From: Corallochytrium limacisporum Hawaii
Taxonomy: Eukaryota; Protista; Pluriformea
NCBI GenBank assembly: GCA_002811645.1
Contig: PDIP01000067.1
Span: 180,829 to 244,828 of the forward strand
Direction: 5' to 3'
DNA: 64,000 nucleotides
The notes under the pieces were generated by a model. That model made no database searches. It was not told the origin of the DNA and saw nothing but the letters and a program-made list of their open reading frames with translations. Shown one piece after another: positions 11,123 to 20,716 of the stretch; within the stretch, counting starts at the first letter, position 1; every line of letters begins with the position of its first letter. Made by a program: the position numbers and the translations under genes.

Positions 11123-14100
11123 GCCAATTTTTCGAAACTCTACTAGCTAGTGAATATTATCCAATTTCCCCCTTTTGTTTTTTTTGTGTACGTACACAAC
11201 GAATCGTTTGCGTTAGTTCCGGACCTAGAATGCTTAGACAATTTGGTCGGGGACGATCTTTGGAGAGGTAGTTCTGCTAATGGTCATTTTGAGATCTTTC
11301 AACGGAATTCCTCCCGTACTATACTAACTGTATTGAAGAATAATAGGCCTGCCAATCTATTCATCTACGTGTCCCCCCAAAGAGCCAACGGGTCACAAAG
11401 AAGGAAACTCGCGCAGCGCAGAGCGTGACAAAAGCGGGGCGGGAGGGAAGACAGAATCGGGAATTGGCGAGGCGTCACCTCAGCGCCCGCCATCGTCATC
11501 TCTTCCTTCGCCATCCGCTGAGAAATACCGTCGTCGGTACCATCATTTATCATTCAGTGCGATCCACCATGATTTTGTACTGGGAATCGGTCCCCGTGCA
11601 TTTAGTACTGGGAACGGAGCCCTTAAATATACGCGGGGCTGCGGTATGGCTCCATGATAACAACCTCCCGTGCTCCTGCTTCCTTCCACTTTGCCCGTAG
11701 GGTCGTGTGTCTTCAATCATCTCCTTTTTTGGTTAACAGTCTGAGGCCCTCGCCAGGAGGCACGGTTCACCGGTTTCTATACGCATCCGCCCCCCTTTTT
11801 GGCGGCGGTTGGCTTCCTTCTAACATCCAATTTCTCGTTCCCTTTGGGTGTGTGTGTGCGTGCGTGAGTGGTTGCGTGAGTGTGACGGGTGTAAACGTAC
11901 GTGTCTCTGTGTGTCTCTGTGTGTCTGTGTGTGTGTGTGTGTTGGAGGGGCGCTCCGGGAGAGCCGGCCCTTTGTAATTTGTCACCTTCTCCGGTGCGCT
12001 TCCTCCAACGCCCACCGCCCGTGTCGGTATCAATTCGTTCGGTTTCGTTTCGTCCCTTCCACTACCAAAAAGGCCTCAACCCTACCTTCCGCCCCTATCT
12101 ACCCAAAGCGGTATCGCAATTCCTTCTTTCATCTCTCGATGTGTTTTTTTCATGCTATCTCGCTATTCTTTTTCTCTAGTCCACTTTTTACCCCTTTGCC
12201 TCTATTTTTTCTCTTTCTCTTATCTAATGTTCGACTGTTGAACGTCCCAATCCCCTTGTCCTCATCCCTCGCTCACTTTCGAGCTTTTCCTCTCGGGCTC
12301 AAGTTCCCTTTTTGTTTTTCTTTTTCCTTTTTGATCCACTTCCTCCCCTCCCCTCAACCCATGCTCTCCCACTCCCGTTCTTCCTTCGTTCCCTAATTTC
12401 TTTTATTTGGTGTTCTTTCGTTTCTTGGCGGAAGGGGTGCTACTGTACTTGCTCAGCTCTAAGCAATTCTATGGTGCCCCCCCCCCCGCGGGAAGTGGCG
12501 GTGGTGGTCTCGTCCACTGCGTTCTTGCCTCCCCACCACACAAGAAGTAAAATATCCTTTCTTTCTTTCATTTTTTCATTTGTTTCGGGTTTTCTTCCCC
12601 TAATTCCTTCTTCATCCCCCAAACCCGGCGTATTAAAGACAGCTACGAACAAAAAGTGCCGTGGGAGGGTGCGCAAGGTATGACGGCAACTGTCCACGTC
12701 CCATGTCCAAGTTAGGTCACAACGATGCATCTGTAGCTTTGTGACCAGCGGACCTGTTCCATGGGGTACTGGACCCCGGGTATGGGGTGGAGGATGGCAC
12801 ACAAAAACGCCGTTCTGGGCACACTCAGTGAATAGGTGGGTAGTCGGTGTGCATATACCAATACCCCCATTCAGTATGGGCCATGTACTGATGGTCAGGA
12901 AGGTTACTGTGCTACCCAAAAAGAAGTTGAAACGTTATCGTTTTTTTCGCTACCCCTCCTCTGTCAATGTTTTCATGTGACCCCTCCTCCGTGATTTTGC
13001 TCCCGTACTTGCCTCTGTGGACTCTCTTAGATAGGGACGATAAATATTGGATTATTGAGAACGGAGGGGGAGGGGGGGTGTTGGGTACTTGGAGACGGTA
13101 AAGTTCAATTCCAACCTCAGAAGTTAGACGAGGGCCGCAAAAGGTCACGGGTATAATAACAACTGCGAAAGGTGGTGGGCACCTGGGGCACCTGGGAACA
13201 CCCCTCCCCCTTTTTTTCCTGTCGGTGCGGCACACGGGCAAAAGAGGGGCAGAGCGTGCCTAAATGGCAGCGCGCCTTGCCCACTCCGCACGGGGCTGAC
13301 TTCGCTATTGATAAGGCTCGGAGAGACACGGAGAGAGACACGGAGAGAGATGAGAGAGAGAGAGAGACCTTCAAGTGTTTCAGAAAAAAAGGAAAAAAAT
13401 AAGGAGAGAGATGATAGAAAAATATTTGTCCCGGTTGGCCCCAGTCTTTTTAGGGACAAATGTCAGCAGGTGCTACCGCGCGCATAAAGAAACAAAGGTG
13501 TCCCTCCCGTGCTACCCGACCTGGGGCCATCGAGCCGGCGCAAGAAAACAATGAACCCTTCCCAATGACTACGGAGAGAAAGGGGGACAAAGGGAAAAAA
13601 AAAGTCTACACCAGGAGACCAAAAGTGGCCAAGGCGGTCCTTTAACCAGTAAAACAAATTGCTGCATTGTGCACAGTTGCCGAAGAGCTAGAAACAAAGA
13701 AAGATAGGGAATCGTTATCAATGAGGGACAAGCGAATCCAAGTTAGTCAGAGACATATTTAACTATTCGGTGAAGGGCAAATTCTATCCCGCGGAGAGGG
13801 CCTCCTGCCTTTTTGCTACCGAGGATCATTCCTTTTTTTTTGCCTTTCGTTCCACACGTTGATTTCACCGACGTCTAGTTGTGTGTTATCTCGAGTACAT
13901 TCAGTACTGCGTGCCCACCAGTACCCGTTCGGGACTTGTCTTGAAGCATTCTGGTTGCAAACGAAAAAAAAACGAAAATCTTCTTAACGAACCCACTCCG
14001 CTTATCCCTCTTCCATCACCACCTGTTTGCTGCCATGGTACACTTCATGCTCACATCTGGAGGCATATCATACGTACATTTATCATATAATATGGACACG

Positions 14101-14224
14101 TTTACCCACGTCCCTATGGAGAGGAGGAGGTTTTCCAAGGCACACGGGGCTGATTTGCGCCTCTCTAACCCCTCGGTCTTCCCCTCCCCCCTTTTATTTT
14201 TGCCGGGTCATATCACACCCCCCC

Positions 14225-14467
14225 NNNNNNNNNNNNNNNNNNNNNNNNNNNNNNNNNNNNNNNNNNNNNNNNNNNNNNNNNNNNNNNNNNNNNNNNNNNN
14301 NNNNNNNNNNNNNNNNNNNNNNNNNNNNNNNNNNNNNNNNNNNNNNNNNNNNNNNNNNNNNNNNNNNNNNNNNNNNNNNNNNNNNNNNNNNNNNNNNNNN
14401 NNNNNNNNNNNNNNNNNNNNNNNNNNNNNNNNNNNNNNNNNNNNNNNNNNNNNNNNNNNNNNNNNNN
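14225..14467. other. Assembly gap
   Basis: N run. Confidence 0.99.
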
Positions 14468-15736
14468 CCAAAAAAAATATTCTTCAGAAGAAGAATCGAT
14501 CTAATTCCGAGCTTGCTACTTCCCTTCTCCACTGTTCTACTATCGTACATTCCCCCACTCTTTCTCTCTACCATTTTCGGACACCGGTGGTCCCGTTGCA
14601 GACTGCTTGTTCTTTGCCGAACGGCGGACCCGTACCAAATTGTAGTTCGTATGGGCACCTGGGCTAGTGGTTTGAAGGCGGAAAAAGACTCTAGTACTAA
14701 TAATATGGTCTTTACCTTTACGTGCCGTGGTTTCGCACTATCTTTTACGTTTACATTTTTTTGTGGGGGAGCTTCACGCGGACACAGAGAGAGAGAGAGA
14801 GAGAGTGTGTGTGTGTCTGTAAGGGTGTCGTTCCTTCAATTTTTTTCTTGCTCCCTCTCTTTTGCTTGAGTTTTTTCGGTGCCTTTTTCTTTTTTATGGG
14901 TGTGTGCTTGGCCAACCGTGGCCTTAGGCTCCCACCAACCTCCCCCCCTCCCCCCGGGGAGCTGGCCTTCTTGCCCCTCCCGGCAGAGGAATATTAAAAA
15001 TTTTATGGCGTAGGCTATGAACATAAAATTAAAAAAAACGCGGTATGTTTAATATAACTAATTGAAGCGTGCAAACCCCTCCTTCCCCCTTTTTTCCCGT
15101 TGGTTTGCCGCATGGGTAGGCGTGTAGAGTGGGGTGGAGGGGGGGGGAGGGGAATAGCCAAGGAAGGGTGTGTGTGTGTGTGTGTGCAGGTCCCCTCTCC
15201 CCTCCTGATCCCTGCCTTCCCGGTCCCCCAACAACAAAACTTAACCCATCGACCAAAGCGGCAAGGGAAGACCGTTCGGTGGAGTGGGTTTTTTGGATCG
15301 TGCAAGGAAAGAGGGTGGTGGTGGGGAGGGGAAGAAGAAGAACCCTCGGGGTGGGAGAAGGGGGGAAAAGGGGGGGGGCACCCGTAAGCGGCGATGAATG
15401 AATACAAATTAGTTAATGACTGAATGAAGCTTGGACAACAATTAGATTGGACATTCTTTTATTCTGTGGCCGACAGTGCATTGCTCTCTTGAACGTGAAT
15501 GTAAGGTTCTGTGTGTGCGTGTTTGGTTGAGTGTCACCTCCGTGCGAGGAGCAGAACTCCCGTGGTTTGACGAGCACGGCACGGTGGCCAAGAGCAGAAG
15601 CAAATGTCTGCCACAACCTATTTGACGGATCGGACACGCATAACAAAAAAGGTAAGTGGCTCGTTATTACCAGATACCGTCTCCCCGGTCATATTACATA
15701 TAGCGTACACGATACGTTCGCCAAACTAGACAAATC

Positions 15737-17575
15737 ATGAAACTCATGGAGACAATAACTGCCGTGGCACTGAGTGCAGCTGTGTGCCTGGCAAACCCAT
15801 TCGCGGAGTCTGGAGGTGGGTATGATGACGATCTACCTGACGACAACGATGAAATTGACCGTGACGTCCGGTTCCGCGTGGACAATCGCTGCATTGTGAT
15901 GAAGGGATGGAATCAAAGTGCCACCCGTTACCTTCATGAGCCCATTAGCGAAGCTTACATGTTCCAGCTAGGCTGGCTCGGTATACCCCATGAAGTCTAC
16001 TCCTACGCGGGGGGCGGCAGATATCTGCAGCGTCCAGACCCCTTTGCATACCACCACAATACCTTCGGTAATGACGACGGCTCCGAAAACCCACTCCCGG
16101 TGTGGTGGAGAGACCCGAGCTTTTCTCTGCTCACCGGTCTCGAGCACGAGGAAGGCTGGGGACGTTACAGCTGCATCATCCTCCTCCCGGATTGTGTCAT
16201 TCAGGCTGCAGAGTACGAAATCATCTTTGACTACGCCGAGAAGTATGGCGCTCGCATTGTCTCCTTCAAGACCGAAGTCTCAACATACGTCACCGGGGCT
16301 GCCGCCACCAATACGGGTGTGCCTATGGCGGACGCTGCACAATTGAAGTTCACTGACTTCGGAAAGGAGATTTCAGGCGCATTCGACATATTCCATGACG
16401 GAACGGAGTATGAATTTGACATTAGCACACCGGACGGGCAGTACAGATCCCCCGTCAGGGTCACGGACGATCTTCCAGAGGAGGGTGAGCGGCTTCAGGA
16501 CAAGCCCCGCTCCATTTCCGTTCTTGAGACACCTGACGGCGTTTCTCTCATGACTTACCACGTCTTGCGCAAGAACGTCGAGATTCTGGGAGTCTGGACT
16601 AACCTGCCTTATTACCAGCAGGATGCCTGGCCTCTCTTCTTCACCATCATGGATTGGATGCTGCGGGGACACTGGACCGGTTTTCGTCGCATGTACCTCC
16701 ACGATTCCATAACCAACTACTTCGAATTCCCTGACGTACGGTCGCCACTCTGTGTAAGGCTCGCCGGCTTCTGCGGCAACGGTGGCGGTCGCTTCAACAT
16801 TGAAATTGGTGACTTTGACCCGTACCTGCAGTTCCCAGACACTAACTATCAATGTCGCTGTGCCCAGTGCTTCTGCGACACAGACCCTGATTTGGGTGTG
16901 GACTACACGTATGACGATAGTGAAAAACAGAACCAGTGCGAGCCTGTCGCCACCTTTGAGTTCAACTCTAGCTACGATCTGATTGGCATCGACCTGTCCA
17001 TGTTGGACAGTGACGCTTGCACAAAGTTCTACTTCTCCGTTACCGGTGACCTGACCGAGCTGACCTTCACCGACGACTCCAACGGCGGAGCCACCGTCGA
17101 CGGCATCGAGTACGGTATCGACAGGAACTACGAATTCCCTGTATCTGCCGGTTCTGGCCACATCTCCTTCGCCGAGGACGGCCCCGTATTCAACTACCGC
17201 AACAACACCCTCCGCCGCCCTGTGATTCCCAGGACTTGCAACATGCACTTCGATGAGGATGGCGATTGCCCGGATGGATATGAGCGCGATACCGACAAGG
17301 ATGAAACAGTTTGCTCAGATACTTGCCCGGATGTATGTTGCAAGGAGGTCACGACAACTACTACCACAACCTCCACCAACACCCAACCTGACCCGACATC
17401 CACTTCCACTTCCACTGGAACCGACTCTGGCACTGATGATGAACCTGCGGACGACGAAGAGGACGGCGACTCCGATGGATCCACAGGGGACGGAGGCGGT
17501 GCTGCCGGCGTCTCTGCAAGCCAGAGCTTGATCCTCGCCACCGTGCTGGCCGCAGTGGTTGCCCTTGTGGCTTGA
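15737..17575 (+). CDS. Secreted, probably GPI-anchored protein: Agd3/CBM87-like N-terminal domain, Cys-rich region, Thr/Ser/acidic stalk
   Basis: Signal peptide; motifs LGIPHEVY, GRYSCIIL, IFDYAEKYGARIV and DWMLRGHWTGFRRMYL resemble the Agd3 N-terminal domain; poly-T stalk; hydrophobic C-terminal tail. Confidence 0.75.
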   Translation: MKLMETITAVALSAAVCLANPFAESGGGYDDDLPDDNDEIDRDVRFRVDNRCIVMKGWNQSATRYLHEPISEAYMFQLGWLGIPHEVYSYAGGGRYLQRPDPFAYHHNTFGNDDGSENPLPVWWRDPSFSLLTGLEHEEGWGRYSCIILLPDCVIQAAEYEIIFDYAEKYGARIVSFKTEVSTYVTGAAATNTGVPMADAAQLKFTDFGKEISGAFDIFHDGTEYEFDISTPDGQYRSPVRVTDDLPEEGERLQDKPRSISVLETPDGVSLMTYHVLRKNVEILGVWTNLPYYQQDAWPLFFTIMDWMLRGHWTGFRRMYLHDSITNYFEFPDVRSPLCVRLAGFCGNGGGRFNIEIGDFDPYLQFPDTNYQCRCAQCFCDTDPDLGVDYTYDDSEKQNQCEPVATFEFNSSYDLIGIDLSMLDSDACTKFYFSVTGDLTELTFTDDSNGGATVDGIEYGIDRNYEFPVSAGSGHISFAEDGPVFNYRNNTLRRPVIPRTCNMHFDEDGDCPDGYERDTDKDETVCSDTCPDVCCKEVTTTTTTTSTNTQPDPTSTSTSTGTDSGTDDEPADDEEDGDSDGSTGDGGGAAGVSASQSLILATVLAAVVALVA

Positions 17576-18030
17576 GACCTCTAGGACAGAAATATAAAAA
17601 CATCATCTCATCAGCATTCCACGCATATTCAATACAGTACAGCCATCCTTTCAAACCCATTACTGGTTTTGATTCCCCAAACTCGTGTTTTGTCACAAAA
17701 CGAGGACGCAGCATGACTTGCAACATGGCACACGATATGTCCATGGCGGCCATCCGTCCTTTGGCATATCCGAAAGTCTTTTCTCACAAAAGGTTTCTCT
17801 TTATTCGTTTGAAACTTGGTTTTTGGCCGGGCCTCGGAAAGAACCCCTTTTTTTTTGAAATTTTGGGGAAGAAAAAAGAAAATACTGGGGAAAACGGGTT
17901 GTTGTGTTTGCAAAGGAAAGAAAGAAAGAAGTTAAACGTGAGGAACAGAATACGTCGCCCTGGACGTTTGGCATCATGGATGAATGACAAAAATTGGTTC
18001 TGTTTCTCTTCCGCCAATGTACTCTCCACC

Positions 18031-19962
18031 TCAGTACGTGGTACCCAGGTTGAGATGGCCGTTCATGCCGGCAAACTTGCGATCAAAGTCATTGCCGAGC
18101 TTGGACTGGAACCAGCGTGTTTGCAGAGGTTCGTGCACATGCTCCGACTTGCTGCGCATATACAGGACCATAATCTCAAGGTTCAGGAAGTCTGGTCCGC
18201 TGATCACTGGCCTTTCGCTGTCACCACGGGTTTCCATTTCCACGGTCTGGGGCCAGAAGAATGTCGACGAGTCACTGATGTCTTCGTGGCGGAATCCATT
18301 GGGGCCAATGAAACTGATCACGTACCGTCCTGTCGGTCCCGTGTTCTCTGCAAAGTGTACCAAAAAGGTTCCCTTCTTGTGTCCCAGCAGCTTGTACTCT
18401 GCGGCTTTGTTGGAGGTCACAGTCGGATCGAACCAGCTGTTCTCATGCATGAAACTGCGCATGCGATTCAAGCAGCTCTCCAAGGGGCTGAACCAGCGGC
18501 ACAGCTGGTCAAAGCGCACACGGTGGACCACGGGGTTCTGTGCCGTCGGATCCGTGCTCACCAGGTATCTCAAGAAGGTCCGGTCAATGTCCTTGAGCTC
18601 CATCATCTGATTCAGCTTCGTGCACATGTGGTCCTCAAAGCGGCGGTAAAACTCTTGCAGGCTCATTTCCTGATTCTGGCCAAAGAGTAGATATGCCTCG
18701 CTGTTAAACATGTCATTGAGAAGGTGCGAATTGTCGCCCATGAATCCGCCCATGTTTACATCCTGACCACTATGTTCTGCATCTTCTGTTCCAAACATAA
18801 TGTCATTGAAGTTGAAGTTCATGTCAACGTCAAGATTCGCGTTGCCAAACATGTCGCTGTTGCCGCCGGCGTGTCCATTGCCGTTCATACCGCCGTTGTT
18901 AAAACGCTGACGGTTCGGGGAACCACCTACGGGCGCTCCGTTGCCACTGCTCTGGTTGGCATTACCGTTGCCTTCGTTCTTGAGGAAGTCATCCAGACCG
19001 CTCGCACTCTGGCGAGCAGCCACGAGCGCGTTCCACAAACTGGAGCCTTCGTTGAAGGAATGGGCACCCATGGCATGCGGGTTGGCCATGCCAACTCCGC
19101 CAACGGGTGCTCCACCCTGGCCGAAGGGATTGCCGCCAGGGCCTCCACCCATCATGCCACCGGGGCCTCCCATGCCACCGGCGCCACCAAAACCTCCCTG
19201 TGCACCGCCGAAGCCACCACCGAACCCTCCGTGGCGGTTCACGGGCATGCTTCGGGATGCCATTCCATCACCGAGGAAGAGACCAGCCATGCCGGTGGAA
19301 GGTGAGAATGAAGTGCGGTCCTGCCAGCTTGAAGTCTGCAGAGCGCTCACCGATGGTGCAGCAATGGAGCCTTCGATGTCGGCACAAACACCGAATAGGG
19401 CATTGTCCAATTTGTTGCAAAACAAAAACACATCATGCGTTGGATGGGTTGACTTTGTGGGGAAGCAGCGGTTACGTTCCTCATCGCTTCCAAACGCTTC
19501 CGTGAGAATCTGACGTGAAATGTGTTTCTTGTAGCAATGGTCATCCAGTTTTTCCTTAATGGCCTTGGCAATGTTCTTCGGAGAGCGGTTCCTCACACCA
19601 TGCTCCGGCTGGTCGTCACTCCACTTCACCGTGTCGGGATCCAGTCCGAGCAGGAAAGCGGCCACTTTGAGGCAGTCGTGCCAAGTCACAAAACCACTGC
19701 CATACAGTTCTGGTGGGATCATTTGCATGTCACTGCACTTGTTGTCCTTGCACCGTTTGCATTGTTTGTTTTCTTTCCTATGGTCCTCCACAAAAGATGC
19801 TTTCAGCAAGCTCAGATACAGATGCTTGCCTCCCGTATGTTGGTATTGAATGATCTTTCGGGGAGATTCATTGCTCCAAGGGTAGGAGTACGTAATGTGC
19901 TCAACTTGCAAACCGTTTGCAAGAGCCAACGGCTGGCTGTTCATCGGCACAAAGTCTCCCAT
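18031..19962 (-). CDS. Linker-SH2 (STAT/Shk-type) protein with G/M/N-rich low-complexity middle and globular N-terminal domain; putative transcription factor
   Basis: 643-aa ORF. C-terminal RFDQLCRWFSPL...SWF...AEYKLLGHKKGTFLVHFAE..GRYVISF fits a linker plus SH2 domain. Confidence 0.8.
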   Translation of the reverse strand: MGDFVPMNSQPLALANGLQVEHITYSYPWSNESPRKIIQYQHTGGKHLYLSLLKASFVEDHRKENKQCKRCKDNKCSDMQMIPPELYGSGFVTWHDCLKVAAFLLGLDPDTVKWSDDQPEHGVRNRSPKNIAKAIKEKLDDHCYKKHISRQILTEAFGSDEERNRCFPTKSTHPTHDVFLFCNKLDNALFGVCADIEGSIAAPSVSALQTSSWQDRTSFSPSTGMAGLFLGDGMASRSMPVNRHGGFGGGFGGAQGGFGGAGGMGGPGGMMGGGPGGNPFGQGGAPVGGVGMANPHAMGAHSFNEGSSLWNALVAARQSASGLDDFLKNEGNGNANQSSGNGAPVGGSPNRQRFNNGGMNGNGHAGGNSDMFGNANLDVDMNFNFNDIMFGTEDAEHSGQDVNMGGFMGDNSHLLNDMFNSEAYLLFGQNQEMSLQEFYRRFEDHMCTKLNQMMELKDIDRTFLRYLVSTDPTAQNPVVHRVRFDQLCRWFSPLESCLNRMRSFMHENSWFDPTVTSNKAAEYKLLGHKKGTFLVHFAENTGPTGRYVISFIGPNGFRHEDISDSSTFFWPQTVEMETRGDSERPVISGPDFLNLEIMVLYMRSKSEHVHEPLQTRWFQSKLGNDFDRKFAGMNGHLNLGTTY

Positions 19963-20647
19963 CGTTGCTGTTCCTTTTGTGTAAAGCGCCCAGCTGTCAG
20001 CGCGTATCTAGAGGCTTGTGTTTCTGTTGTGTCTCTTACGAGTATTAAACGATCCAAACAAATATCTCTTTGTCTTGTAGAAAGAAGTATTCAATCGACC
20101 TCTTCCTTGCGCGAGGAAATATACTTGTTTACATCACTAACGAAACGCCAATGAAAATTACACCATCTTGTTCTTTGCGTCAGTGCACTTCTTATCGCCT
20201 GTTCGTCTCTTCTCCCGCTTTTGGTTTTCGCTTTAACGATTGGAGTCAATCTCCTTGTCACAGGGTAAATCCAAATATGGACTAGTGAATCTCTCAGCTG
20301 CGGGGAAAAAAGTCTCCTTGTCTCTCCCACTTACGTCGATCAAAAGACTTCCTTGTTCCGTTTTCAGTCGCTTGCCCAAAATTCACTGCAAAGCAAAGTT
20401 TCAGCGTTTACTTATACGCAGACCGTATTGGTTTGTATTCCTCAATACCGCCAACAATTGTCGTGAGTAGATGAGAACGTTCAATGTGCGTAGCATTGGG
20501 TGCTACATTTAAAGTAGCTCGATGTGCAGAACCAGAGCCGCACAATAGTTTGTTATCTATCCGGGCCTAACATGGATATCCACAAAACACACACTCATTG
20601 TCTTCAAACATTTGGCAACTGCACATGACTCAAAAGGAAAGCCACCA

Positions 20648-20649
<2 letters not shown>

Positions 20650-20710
<61 letters not shown>
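20650..20710. repeat. (AC)n microsatellite, about 30 units
   Basis: Read directly from the sequence. Confidence 0.97.

Positions 20711-20716
<6 letters not shown>

Noticed and set aside
9800-15700. Many short P/G/L/S/F-rich ORFs in intergenic DNA (also 20000-27400)
   Set aside because: Translations of microsatellites, homopolymers and N gaps.
17572-18690. 372-aa plus-strand ORF overlapping the SH2 gene
   Set aside because: Non-ATG start, runs through an AT-rich 3' spacer and is antisense to a credible gene; shadow ORF.
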